Below, piece by piece: positions 1 to 8,766 of a stretch of DNA of 64,000 bases. The stretch comes from Pseudobdellovibrionaceae bacterium. GTDB taxonomy: Bacteria; Bdellovibrionota; Bdellovibrionia; Bdellovibrionales; UBA1609. Under the pieces are notes generated by a model. The model had not been told where the DNA came from. It saw only the letters and a program-made list of their open reading frames with translations, and did no database searches. The position numbers and the translations under genes are program-made. The stretch is from NCBI GenBank assembly GCA_030591685.1, contig JAUVAX010000003.1, positions 64,744-128,743 of the forward strand, in the 5' to 3' direction. Position 1 is the stretch's first letter; each line of letters starts with the position of its first letter.

Positions 1-442
1 AAACCTCTGCTGTTAGTTTTAGTTTAGACCATACTTTTTTTTCGCCAAACAAAAGGCTCATTAGCGACGAATGGGATGACACTCTTTTTTTGTTCATATA
101 TGTGACGAGGGTCTTTTCTTCTAAGCCCTGTTTGATTTTTTTTACTAGTATGATTTTTTTTGTCCCAAAGATAAATGTAATTTCCTCTGGCTTGGCGAAA
201 TCTATTCGAAGTAGACCCTTTGAAAACAACAAGCGGCCCTCATGCTCTGCTGTTTTTTGTAAAAACCCCATGATTGATTTTTTTTTAACTTTCATAAAAA
301 CAGACTTAGAGGACCAATATTTTTCAAATATTTTTTGAACCCGTTTTACGCCAGTACTACTCTTGAGCCGTTGATCCGCAAAGACCGGCGAGGCTATGGC
401 GCACAAAAGTACAGTACTTATTGCTAATTTTAATTTACACAT
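1..442 (-). CDS. LolA-like periplasmic lipoprotein-carrier family protein (3' end runs off the window)
   Basis: Not in the ORF track because no stop lies in the window. My minus-strand translation from ATG at 442 gives MCKLKLAISTVLLCAIASPVFA/DQ (Sec signal peptide), then ...EHEGRLLFSKGLLRIDFAKPEEITFIFGTKKIILV..., a LolA-like pattern. The listed + ORF 90..338 is its antisense shadow. Confidence 0.45.
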   Translation of the reverse strand, partial: MCKLKLAISTVLLCAIASPVFADQRLKSSTGVKRVQKIFEKYWSSKSVFMKVKKKSIMGFLQKTAEHEGRLLFSKGLLRIDFAKPEEITFIFGTKKIILVKKIKQGLEEKTLVTYMNKKRVSSHSSLMSLLFGEKKVWSKLKLTAEV

Positions 443-492
443 CTCAACGCCTTATCCTCTATGCTATAGTGACACAAGCTACCAAAGCCCTA

Positions 493-1224
493 TCATATAG
501 GCAACTTTGGCCTAAAAAAAATTGAAATTACATGGAAATTAGCAATATTTTCAAGCGCCTCATGAGCGGCCTTTGCCGTAGCCCCTGTAGTTACTATATC
601 GTCTACAAAGAATATGACATGGTTCTGATACCTCCTGCCCTCAGAGCTTAAATGAGATTTTTTGTGCAAGGTCAATTTAATGTGCTGCCTGTCGATAGAG
701 TTTTTTGTTTTTTGCCTATGACCCCCCGAAGGCCTATCAAAGGCCAGCCATAGGGGCGAACTCCATATTTCACTCAAGGCCTCAGCTAACATATAAGCAT
801 GATCCCTACTTAATGGATGACGAGCTGGAGCGGGCACAAAAACAATACCCTTCGACACATCTATTGAACTTAATACCCCGTGGGTGAGCCACCACGCTAA
901 CCGACGGTAGGCAGATTTTAGCCCTCCGCCTTTTAGCAAATACACCATTTTTTTTATTTTAGGCTCATTATTGCCCCAGTTGAAGAGATAGAAATGGTTC
1001 ACATGCCGTGGTGCTAGGGTTTGAACCTTTTGATTTTTTTTCTTAAAGAGCTCTCTCCAACAATTTTCGCAAAAAAGGTCGGATCGCCCCCATATATTAC
1101 CACACAAAGCACAGCGCCTTAGGTACTCCAGGCTTATGTCAATGGCCCTTAAACAACACTCCCCCCAGCGCACGCCCCCTCTTAATTGGTTTTTAAATTT
1201 AATTTCTGACTGGTCTAAATTCAT
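493..1224 (-). CDS. comF: ComF-family phosphoribosyltransferase-domain protein
   Basis: N-terminal double CxxC zinc ribbon (CALCG...CENC) and a C-terminal PRTase loop VIFFVDDIVTTGATAKAA; 243 aa. Confidence 0.8.
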   Translation of the reverse strand: MNLDQSEIKFKNQLRGGVRWGECCLRAIDISLEYLRRCALCGNIWGRSDLFCENCWRELFKKKNQKVQTLAPRHVNHFYLFNWGNNEPKIKKMVYLLKGGGLKSAYRRLAWWLTHGVLSSIDVSKGIVFVPAPARHPLSRDHAYMLAEALSEIWSSPLWLAFDRPSGGHRQKTKNSIDRQHIKLTLHKKSHLSSEGRRYQNHVIFFVDDIVTTGATAKAAHEALENIANFHVISIFFRPKLPI

Positions 1225-1377
1225 TTTTATTTTAATAGCAACTCTTGAGCCACAACCTATCTAGCCTCTTATAGGCTTCTGCAAGGTCTTCGCTCGCAAC
1301 ACGAACTTATATACGATTATCATTCGTTTAATATAGCTTGGCTCTAAAAGAGTTTCTCATATAAACCAAACACTTTA

Positions 1378-1848
1378 TTAAGAGTTGTGATAAGGGAGAC
1401 CTTTTTGAATGGTAAAGGCTCTATAAATTTGCTCTAAAAAAACAACCTGTGCAACAAGATGACTCATAGTTAACCTTGAAAGGCTCACTTGCAGCTTTGA
1501 TTGCGCTTTAACTTTTGGCCCAAGGCCAAATGCGCCCCCAATAACAAAAACGATTCTCGAAAAACCGGACTCCATAATTGTTTTAAGTTTCTCAGAGAAG
1601 GCCTGTGAATTAAACTCCGCCCCCCCTTCGTCAAGAACAACAATAAAGTCATTAGGCTTAAGGATTTTTAATATTTTTTCTTGCTCGAATAAAATCTTTT
1701 CTTGCTGTTGGTTTCTGGAAAAGTTTTTTGACTTCACCTCTGTATGTTCAAAAGTAATAAAATGTCCTAGTTTTTTTTTATAAATCTCCACAGCAAACTC
1801 ATTCCATTTTTCGTTCTTAGTTTGCACAGTGATTAATAGCATTTTCAT
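1378..1848 (-). CDS. rlmH: 23S rRNA (pseudouridine1915-N3)-methyltransferase RlmH (SPOUT)
   Basis: 156 aa. Has IVFVIGGAFGL and SLSRLTMSHLVAQVVFLEQIYRAF knot motifs. Conserved position after nadD/rsfS. Confidence 0.85.
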   Translation of the reverse strand: MKMLLITVQTKNEKWNEFAVEIYKKKLGHFITFEHTEVKSKNFSRNQQQEKILFEQEKILKILKPNDFIVVLDEGGAEFNSQAFSEKLKTIMESGFSRIVFVIGGAFGLGPKVKAQSKLQVSLSRLTMSHLVAQVVFLEQIYRAFTIQKGLPYHNS

Positions 1849-1864
1849 TATGTGATTTTACTTT

Positions 1865-2878
1865 TCAAGAGCTCTCGAGTTTAAGGCTCTTGCCCTCGGC
1901 CCAAAGGTCTTCTAAGCAGTACTCTGATCTCACATAATCATAAAAGATGTGAACTATAAGCGCCCCGTAATCTAATACAACCCACCGGCCTTCTTTGCGA
2001 CCTTCAATACTATAAGGGAACACTCCAAATTCATCTTTAACACTTCGTACTAAAATTTCAGAAAGCGCTTGAGTGTGCCTTGTGCTTGTACCTGAGGTTA
2101 CTAGTGTATACTCGGATGGCATCTCTAACCCTGATAAATCAAAGCCCTGTGTGTTTATAGCCTTTCTATCATCAAGGGTTTTTCCACAAAAAAGAGTAAA
2201 GGGTTTATAATCTGAAATTTTATCTCCAACAGTATTATATAATTTTTTATCTTTTATATACTGTTCAACTCCAGCATCTAGGTACTCTGACACTATACGC
2301 TTAGATCGAAGGCATTTTCTAATAACAGATGAAGCCATCTCCTTGTCCTCAAGCTGCATAAAATGTATCGCTCTACCATTTTTAAGTACGGCGATGGAGT
2401 GGTCAAAGTCTTCAACCATATCGCGAACACCCTCCGGAAAGTCGGAAAGCTCATAAGGTAAATAGGCCCCTGGGCGGGTTGTTACGACAACGTTTACTTT
2501 TTCTAAAATCTCTTGATGGCTCTTCCATTTATCAAATTGTTCAAACTGATCGGCACCTATAATTAAATATATTTGATTGCCGTTAAAAGTTTTTAAATAC
2601 TCATTAATGGTCTCAATTGAGTACGATAAGCCCTCTCTCGCTACCTCCTGCTCGTCAATTTCTAAAACCTCAGGGTACTCACGAATAGCAAGACGTACCA
2701 TCTCTGATCGGTCTTTTGCTTTCGCCCCCTCTTCGGTTAAATCCCTCAGTGGCGTTATACATGAAGGGATCACCTTAACGGTTGTCAGCCCTAAAGTATC
2801 GGCGACAGTTAACATAGAGTTCACATGACCTAAGTGTATGGGGTTAAACGTGCCGCCAAATAAACCTATTTTATTCAT
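1865..2878 (-). CDS. nadD: Fusion protein: nicotinate-nucleotide adenylyltransferase (NadD) plus ribosome silencing factor (RsfS/iojap)
   Basis: N-terminal GLFGGTFNPIHLGH (HxGH nucleotidyltransferase motif) and about 215 aa of NadD-like sequence. The C-terminal ~115 aa (HTQALSEILVRSVKDEF...GRWVVLDYGALIVHIFYDYVRSEYCLEDLW) is typical RsfS. One uninterrupted 337-aa ORF. Confidence 0.85.
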   Translation of the reverse strand: MNKIGLFGGTFNPIHLGHVNSMLTVADTLGLTTVKVIPSCITPLRDLTEEGAKAKDRSEMVRLAIREYPEVLEIDEQEVAREGLSYSIETINEYLKTFNGNQIYLIIGADQFEQFDKWKSHQEILEKVNVVVTTRPGAYLPYELSDFPEGVRDMVEDFDHSIAVLKNGRAIHFMQLEDKEMASSVIRKCLRSKRIVSEYLDAGVEQYIKDKKLYNTVGDKISDYKPFTLFCGKTLDDRKAINTQGFDLSGLEMPSEYTLVTSGTSTRHTQALSEILVRSVKDEFGVFPYSIEGRKEGRWVVLDYGALIVHIFYDYVRSEYCLEDLWAEGKSLKLESS

Positions 2879-3905
2879 TCATAGCCTCTCTTCCTTTGAG
2901 CATTAGCTCAAAGGCGTTATATTTTAAATCTTTTAAGTTTTGACCCGTTACTGCTGAAATTTTCATATATTCTATCTTCTTTTTTTGAAACCCGGACTCT
3001 ATCTGGTAAAGCCGTTGTTCCGTCACCGAATCTATTTTATTAAGCACAACAAGCTGGGGCCGTTCAATTAATGGGGCGAACGGTGAGCCTGCGTTTTGCT
3101 CATCATATTTTTTAAGCTCTTTTAAAATGTCCTCATAATCTTTTACCGGGTCGCGGCCGGAGTCCTCACAAACATCAATTATGTGTAAAAATGCGGCCGT
3201 CCGCTCTATGTGCTTTAAAAATTGAAGCCCTAAGCCGACCCCCTGGTGAGCGCCTTCAATAATCCCAGGTATATCAGCAATGACATAAGATTGAGCCTCT
3301 GACAGTTTTACCACCCCTAAGTTTGGCTCTAAGGTTGTAAAAGGGTAATTGGCCACTTTAGGCCTTGCTGCTGATATATGAGAAATCAGTGTAGACTTAC
3401 CAACGTTTGGAAACCCAATAATCCCCACATCTGCAATTAACTTTAATTCTAGTTTTATTTTAGTCTCTATGCCGGCTATCCCTCTTTGTGCAATTTGAGG
3501 GGTTTGATGTACGCTTGTTTTATAAAAGGTGTTTCCTTTTCCGCCAAGCCCTCCCTCTAAAAACAAGAACTCGTCACCTAAACTTAAATCCTTAATCACT
3601 TCGCCATTGCTGTTTTTAATAATTGTTCCGGCCGGAACCTCAAAAATGAGGTCTTCACCATCGGGTCCTGAGCAGTTTCTTGGTGCTCCTGGAGCTCCAT
3701 TTTTGGCCTTGTATCTTCTTCGGTGTTTAAAGTTAATTAGGGTATTTAAGTCTTTTGAAACCCGAAATATAACATGTCCACCTCGGCCGCCGTCGCCACC
3801 ATCGGGTCCGCCACGAGGCACGTGGCTTTCTCTTCGAAAACTGACACAACCGGGGCCCCCTCCTCCGGAGGCCACCTCTATTTCAACTTCATCAATAAAC
3901 GCCAT
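2871..3905 (-). CDS. obg: GTPase Obg/CgtA
   Basis: N-terminal Obg fold with Gly-rich repeats (GGGGPG, GGPDGGDGGRGG). G1 GFPNVGKST, DIPGIIEGA, NKID. 344 aa. Follows rplU-rpmA as in most bacteria. Confidence 0.95.
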   Translation of the reverse strand: MAFIDEVEIEVASGGGGPGCVSFRRESHVPRGGPDGGDGGRGGHVIFRVSKDLNTLINFKHRRRYKAKNGAPGAPRNCSGPDGEDLIFEVPAGTIIKNSNGEVIKDLSLGDEFLFLEGGLGGKGNTFYKTSVHQTPQIAQRGIAGIETKIKLELKLIADVGIIGFPNVGKSTLISHISAARPKVANYPFTTLEPNLGVVKLSEAQSYVIADIPGIIEGAHQGVGLGLQFLKHIERTAAFLHIIDVCEDSGRDPVKDYEDILKELKKYDEQNAGSPFAPLIERPQLVVLNKIDSVTEQRLYQIESGFQKKKIEYMKISAVTGQNLKDLKYNAFELMLKGREAMNE

Positions 3906-3917
3906 GCTTTTGCCCTC

Positions 3918-3950
3918 AAATAAAAAGGCCCAACAATTATGATGGGCCCC
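3918..3950 (-). terminator. Intrinsic terminator/attenuator-like hairpin between rpmA and obg
   Basis: Minus-strand read: GGGCCCA-tcataattgt-TGGGCCT (6 bp plus a G:U) followed by TTTTATTT. Lies 33 nt after the rpmA stop and just before the obg start. Confidence 0.4.
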
Positions 3951-3983
3951 TTGATAATTAGAATTAAAACTTCTTTTCGAAGT

Positions 3984-4244
3984 TTACGCTGCTTTTGGAT
4001 AAACGCTAATTTTTAAACGCCGCTTATCGAGTCGTTCAAATTTTACAACACCATCTATAACTGAATAAATTGTATGGTCACGACCCATTTTTACATTATT
4101 ACCCATGTGAAATTTTGTTCCTCTTTGACGAACAATAATGGTGCCTGATTTAACCCCTTGACCGCCGAACCGTTTAACGCCAAGTCTTTTGCTGTTACTA
4201 TCTCTGCCGTTTTTAGTACTACCGCCTGCTTTTTTCGATGCCAT
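3984..4244 (-). CDS. rpmA: 50S ribosomal protein L27
   Basis: [29 protein letters not shown]...[18 protein letters not shown], the canonical L27 sequence; 86 aa. Confidence 0.95.
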   Translation of the reverse strand: MASKKAGGSTKNGRDSNSKRLGVKRFGGQGVKSGTIIVRQRGTKFHMGNNVKMGRDHTIYSVIDGVVKFERLDKRRLKISVYPKAA

Positions 4245-4271
4245 TTTAAATACTCTCCATTAATTAAAAGC

Positions 4272-4829
4272 TTAAGATTTTTTTGTTACTTTCTTTTTTG
4301 CTGTTTTCTTTTTAGTCGCCGTTTTCTTTTTTGTAGTCTTCTTCTTGGCGGTTTTCTTTTTTGCCGTTTTCTTTTTAGCTGTTTTCTTTTTTGCCTTCGG
4401 CTTGCTTGTGTTCGTTTTTTTAGCCTCTAACTTGTCGGCGGCCTTTTTTGCGGCCTTCTCTATTTTTTTCTCAGGGTTGTAAACTTTAGCTGATTTTTTA
4501 GAGGTTTCTGTTTTTCCGTCAGGCGAAGTGATGGCTTTTACAAAAAGCTCTGTGTAAAGCTGCCTATGGCCCTGCATGCGTCTATAGCCTTGGCGGCGCT
4601 TCTTTTTAAAAACAATCACCTTCGGCGCTTTGGCTTGGCTTGTTACCACAACAGTCACTTTTGCGTCTTTAATTGTTGGCTCACCTAAAATGGTTTGTGA
4701 TCCGCCAATAGCAAGGACATCTGTCACTTCAAATTCATCACCTAAATCTTTATTTAATTTTTCTACTCTTAAAGTGTCGCCGGGCTGAACCTTGTACTGC
4801 TTGCCACCAGCTTTAATTATTGCGTACAT
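4272..4829 (-). CDS. rplU: 50S ribosomal protein L21 with long lysine-rich C-terminal extension
   Basis: N-terminal ~103 aa MYAIIKAGGKQYKVQPGDTLRVEKL...KKRRQGYRRMQGHRQLYTEL is canonical L21. An ~82-aa K/A/T-rich tail follows. 185 aa total. Confidence 0.9.
   Translation of the reverse strand: MYAIIKAGGKQYKVQPGDTLRVEKLNKDLGDEFEVTDVLAIGGSQTILGEPTIKDAKVTVVVTSQAKAPKVIVFKKKRRQGYRRMQGHRQLYTELFVKAITSPDGKTETSKKSAKVYNPEKKIEKAAKKAADKLEAKKTNTSKPKAKKKTAKKKTAKKKTAKKKTTKKKTATKKKTAKKKVTKKS
4275..4394 (-). repeat. Imperfect tandem 15-nt coding repeat (KKKTA units) in the L21 tail
   Basis: Plus strand shows reiterated gttttcttttt(t)gc/agc units. They translate on the minus strand to AKKKTAKKKTAKKKTAKKKTTKKKTATKKKTAKKKVTKKS. 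Confidence 0.6.
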
Positions 4830-5008
4830 TGCTTGTTACCTCCAAAGTGTCATTCTACTGAGCAAAGACAATGGAATCTGTCACGCTGCAAAACAATTGT
4901 CAATCCTTTAGCCCGCTTATTGAGCATTGATTTTGGCTTTTTTAGGGCCCCGTGTGCCCTCTCCCTCGTGGGCTCCTCACTCATGATAAACACTGTTATT
5001 TAAGTCAC

Positions 5009-6565
5009 TTAGGTGCCTACTTCGGCTCCTAGCTCCCCTCGGGCTATGCGTTTGACGACAAATTCTTCGATGTGAAAATCCACCTCAATTTTAAACACCA
5101 CAGCATCGCCCAGCTTGTTTTCCACAAACTCCAAGGTCTCGCTCTCTTCTTCGTAGATCCAATCGGCAACGTCAGGGTAACACTGTACAATTGCCACAGT
5201 GCCCTGTTTTGCCTTTTGAGCTCCCCTTTCAAGGGCCGCAAAAATCTCATTAGCAACGGTTGATTTGGTTTTTACGTAGGCCTTGCCATCGCAATAAGAA
5301 CAGGGCTCACAGAGGCTAGAAACCAAGCTCGGCCGCGTTCGCTTTCTTGTCATTTCTACAAGCCCTAGTGATGACATTGAAATAACAGCTGTTTTAGCTC
5401 GATCGGCCTTTAGTTCTTCTTCTAGCGCGTAGACTACTTTTTCGCGGTTTACTTCGCTTTCCATATCTATAAGGTCTAAAACCACAATGCCCCCACAGTT
5501 TCTAATGCGAAGTTGATGCGCTATTTCTCGAACAGCCTCTAAATTAGTTTTTAATATTGTACTCTCTAAGTTTTTTTTACCAACAAAGCGACCTGTATTT
5601 ACGTCTACAACGACTAAAGCTTCGGCTTCATCAATAATGATGTATCCTCCTGATTTTAACCAAATCTTTCTCTGTAAAGAACGTGAAACTTCAATGTCCA
5701 AGTCATAAAGGTCAAACAAAGGCTTCGGGCTTTCATAAAGCTCTACTTTATTTTGATGCTGAGGCAAAAAACGCTCCACAAATTTATTAATTTTACTAAA
5801 GACCTCTTTGTTATCTACGAAAACCCGGCTGACCTTGTCATCTAATAAATCCCTCAAGGCCCGTAACTCCACATCCATATCCGAATACACAAGCCCTAAC
5901 TTTGGCGAGTCCCGATAGTTCTGTTCTATTTCCTCCCAGAGTCGCTCTAAGTAGTTGAGGTCTGATTTTAGGCTTTCTTTAGAGGCTCCTTCTCCGGCGG
6001 TCCTTACTATTACGCCGCCTTTTGGGCCTAAAGACTCAACCTCTTTTCGTAAGCGCACGCCCTCCTCGCTACTTTCAATTTTCCTGGAAACACCGATGTG
6101 ATCTATGTTTGGCATGTATACAAGGTTACGCCCCGGTAAAGATATTTGTGATGTTATTCGAGCGCCTTTTGTGCCTAGTGGGTCTTTAGAAACTTGCACT
6201 AAAATTTCTTGCCCCGAGGTTAATAGCTTTTGTATCGGTACTTTTGCGTGATTCGTGTTGTGAGGGCGCTCCTCTGGCTCGCCATCATTAACAACGCGAC
6301 TCGCCTTTTCTTCTTTTAACAAAAGTTGTGAGGCCTGAATGTTCTCTAATACGTCCCCGACATACAAAAAACCAGAACGGTCTAAGCCTATATCTACAAA
6401 CGCCGCCTGCATGCCGGGCAACACCCTTAACACCTTGCCCTTGAATACAGAACCCACAAGGGTGGGCTGAGTATTGCGCTCTATTTTTAAGTCTGCCAAC
6501 TGTTGATCTTCGACATAAGCGACTCGGGTTTGATTGGGCCTCACGTTGATAAGTATTTCGATCAA
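5009..6565 (-). CDS. rng: Ribonuclease G/E family endoribonuclease
   Basis: N-terminal S1 domain (GSVFKGKVLRVLPGMQAAFVDIGL) and RNase E/G catalytic core (GGYIIIDEAEALVVVDVNTG, GGIVVLDLIDM). 518 aa, with no long RNase E scaffold tail. Confidence 0.85.
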   Translation of the reverse strand: MIEILINVRPNQTRVAYVEDQQLADLKIERNTQPTLVGSVFKGKVLRVLPGMQAAFVDIGLDRSGFLYVGDVLENIQASQLLLKEEKASRVVNDGEPEERPHNTNHAKVPIQKLLTSGQEILVQVSKDPLGTKGARITSQISLPGRNLVYMPNIDHIGVSRKIESSEEGVRLRKEVESLGPKGGVIVRTAGEGASKESLKSDLNYLERLWEEIEQNYRDSPKLGLVYSDMDVELRALRDLLDDKVSRVFVDNKEVFSKINKFVERFLPQHQNKVELYESPKPLFDLYDLDIEVSRSLQRKIWLKSGGYIIIDEAEALVVVDVNTGRFVGKKNLESTILKTNLEAVREIAHQLRIRNCGGIVVLDLIDMESEVNREKVVYALEEELKADRAKTAVISMSSLGLVEMTRKRTRPSLVSSLCEPCSYCDGKAYVKTKSTVANEIFAALERGAQKAKQGTVAIVQCYPDVADWIYEEESETLEFVENKLGDAVVFKIEVDFHIEEFVVKRIARGELGAEVGT

Positions 6566-6737
6566 GACAGATCTCCTTCAAAGAATTATCACAATGATAC
6601 TTAACATTACCAAAAGTCGAAAACAAGGGGCCAAAAAGGCGAGTCTTTGCCCCTAAATCTCTATTTTGGGGACCCTTTTTTAATTATTTGTTCAATTCCC
6701 TCCGATAGATTATTGAACAGAGTAAAGGACTTCGCAT

Positions 6738-7967
6738 ATGGCTCAAATAGATGCTTTATTTAAGGTTATGGTGGCCCAAGAGGCTTCAGATCTTCATTTA
6801 ACCTCAGGCTCTCCCCCGTTTTTACGTATCTATGGGGAAATGGTAAAGCTAGACCACGCCGACCTGTCAAATAAAGAAGTTCAGACCCTGGTGTTTGAAG
6901 TCCTGACTGATAAACAAAAAAAAGATTTTGTAGAAAACTGGGAGCTTGATTGCTCTTATGCTGTTGAGGGCTTAGGGCGCTTTAGATGTAATGTTTTTAT
7001 GCAAAGAAAGGGGCTTGCGGCTGTATTTCGAGTCATCCCAACTGAAATCAAAACCGTTGAAGAGCTCGGTCTGCCTCCACACATCATTGATCTTGTTGAT
7101 GTACCTCGGGGATTAGTTCTTGTCACCGGCCCAACGGGCTCAGGCAAATCAACCACCTTAGCGGCTATTTTACACACCATCAATATGACTCGAAAAGAGC
7201 ATATCATCACCATAGAGGACCCTATAGAGTTTGTTCATGAAAACAGAAAGTCACTCGTGAACCAGCGCGAAGTAAATAGTCATACAAAGTCCTTTGCAAA
7301 CGCACTGAAGGCCGCCCTCCGTGAAGACCCTGATATTATTCTTGTTGGTGAACTTCGTGACCTTGAAACTATAAGCTTGGCCATGACAGCTGCCGAAACC
7401 GGACACTTAGTCTTTGGAACCCTTCACACAAATTCGGCTGCAAAAACCATTGATCGTATTATCGATGTTTTTCCGGAGTCACAACAGTCTCAAATTAGAG
7501 TGATGTTGGCTGAAAGCTTAAGGGGCGTTGTTGCTCAAACTTTATTTCCACGCTGTGACAAGGTGGGGCAGGTTGCTGCCATTGAGGTCTTAAAAAGTAC
7601 AAACGCCGTGGCCAACCTTATTCGTGAAGGGAAGACCTATCAAATCCCCTCTGTTATGCAAACAAGCAAACAAAGCGGGATGCAAACCTTTGACTCTCAT
7701 ATTGGCGAATTAGTTCGGAAAGGAATTATCGCTAAAGAAACCGGGGAGGTTTTCTTAGGAAAGCCTCTTAAGGATGAGCCATCAGAAGCGGTGAGCACGG
7801 CCGGCCCCCAAAAGCGCTCTAAACCAAGCTCTACGAGACCCTCTGGATCGTCACCACAAAGAGTGAAAAAACCCTCTCGAGGCGCTCCAGAAGGTGATAT
7901 TAAAATAAACAGCTCCTCAGAGAAAAAGAGCCTATTTAAAGACCTTCTTAAAAGAAAAACGAGTTGA
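6738..7967 (+). CDS. pilT: Type IV pilus retraction ATPase PilT with basic disordered C-terminal tail
   Basis: SDLHL, Walker A GPTGSGKST, Asp box ITIEDPIEF, Walker B ILVGELRD, His box GHLVFGTLHT, and the PilT-type AVANLIREGKTYQI motif. 409 aa, versus about 345 aa as I recall for PilT. Confidence 0.9.
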   Translation: MAQIDALFKVMVAQEASDLHLTSGSPPFLRIYGEMVKLDHADLSNKEVQTLVFEVLTDKQKKDFVENWELDCSYAVEGLGRFRCNVFMQRKGLAAVFRVIPTEIKTVEELGLPPHIIDLVDVPRGLVLVTGPTGSGKSTTLAAILHTINMTRKEHIITIEDPIEFVHENRKSLVNQREVNSHTKSFANALKAALREDPDIILVGELRDLETISLAMTAAETGHLVFGTLHTNSAAKTIDRIIDVFPESQQSQIRVMLAESLRGVVAQTLFPRCDKVGQVAAIEVLKSTNAVANLIREGKTYQIPSVMQTSKQSGMQTFDSHIGELVRKGIIAKETGEVFLGKPLKDEPSEAVSTAGPQKRSKPSSTRPSGSSPQRVKKPSRGAPEGDIKINSSSEKKSLFKDLLKRKTS

Positions 7968-7974
7968 GGCTTTT

Positions 7975-8361
7975 TTAAAAATCCCAATTATAGCTAAGAG
8001 TTATTGGCTTTCGAGCTTGTAGTTTGAGCTCTTTTTGATCTAAAAGTAAAAATGCATTATCTAAGTATTCATAAGGTCGCGTGGCCGCCTTGTAGGTCGT
8101 AAACGTGGCGCCGCCAATAACTCCCAAAGCAAAACCTATCGCAATATTTGAAAGCTTGTCTTGAGGACGCCCATAAAAGCTCAAAGTACTTAGCCCTAAA
8201 ATAGCACCCGCTAAGCCAGAGAATATAATTGTTGCCATTTGCTTTCGGGGGCCAGCCCCGCGCTGGGCCAACTCTTCGCTTGTTTGAGCGTAAGCCCCTG
8301 GCGATTGAATCATTAAGGCCAAAACAAAAACTAATAAAAGTGAGGTGGCTCGTTTTAACAT
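7975..8361 (-). CDS. Small secreted/membrane protein, unknown function
   Basis: Signal peptide MLKRATSLLLVFVLALMIQSPGAYA/Q, then two Gly-rich hydrophobic segments. Start overlaps the acyP stop by 7 nt. Confidence 0.5.
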   Translation of the reverse strand: MLKRATSLLLVFVLALMIQSPGAYAQTSEELAQRGAGPRKQMATIIFSGLAGAILGLSTLSFYGRPQDKLSNIAIGFALGVIGGATFTTYKAATRPYEYLDNAFLLLDQKELKLQARKPITLSYNWDF

Positions 8362-8651
8362 GGGGATTCTCCGTCACATTCAATTTCAAAATTATTAAAC
8401 CCAAGTAAACCCTCTCGCCTTGTGACAAGTACGTTTTCTACTTTTGCCGCCGTCGGGCCTTGAGCTATAAATTCTCTAAAATTTTTAAGGGCTTCAGCGC
8501 CCCCTTCAGCAAGCACTTCAACTCGGCCGTCTTTAAGGTTTCTCACCCAACCTTTAATATTCATCTCTAAAGCCTTCTTACATGTAAAGTGGCGAAAACT
8601 CACGCCCTGGACCACCCCTGAAACTAAAAATTGCTGAGTTATGATGGCCAT
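8355..8651 (-). CDS. acyP: Acylphosphatase
   Basis: 98 aa. VSGVVQGVSFRHFT...GWVRNLKDGRVEVLAEG matches the acylphosphatase signatures. Confidence 0.85.
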   Translation of the reverse strand: MAIITQQFLVSGVVQGVSFRHFTCKKALEMNIKGWVRNLKDGRVEVLAEGGAEALKNFREFIAQGPTAAKVENVLVTRREGLLGFNNFEIECDGESPC

Positions 8652-8766
8652 AGCGACATTTTAGGCCGATTTCAGACCAGGAGCAAGCCTTGGGTGAGTA
8701 AATTTTAATGATTTATTGCCAAAATACAAAGAAATGAATACTTTGTTTTATTTAAAGGATCTCTTT

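Noticed and set aside
90-338. 82-aa + strand ORF at the window start
   Set aside because: It is low-complexity (F/I/K-rich) and lies antisense to a much better minus-strand ORF (1..442) with a signal peptide and LolA-like sequence. Treated as a shadow ORF.
3529-3942. 137-aa Pro/Ser-rich + strand ORF, plus many similar 60-140-aa ORFs antisense to large genes (e.g. 6288..6626, 15121..15549, 30038..30346, 31652..32050, 36448..36762, 38474..38758, 60563..60913)
   Set aside because: All lie wholly inside well-supported conserved genes on the opposite strand or in another frame. They have biased composition and no recognisable motifs, so they are typical shadow ORFs.
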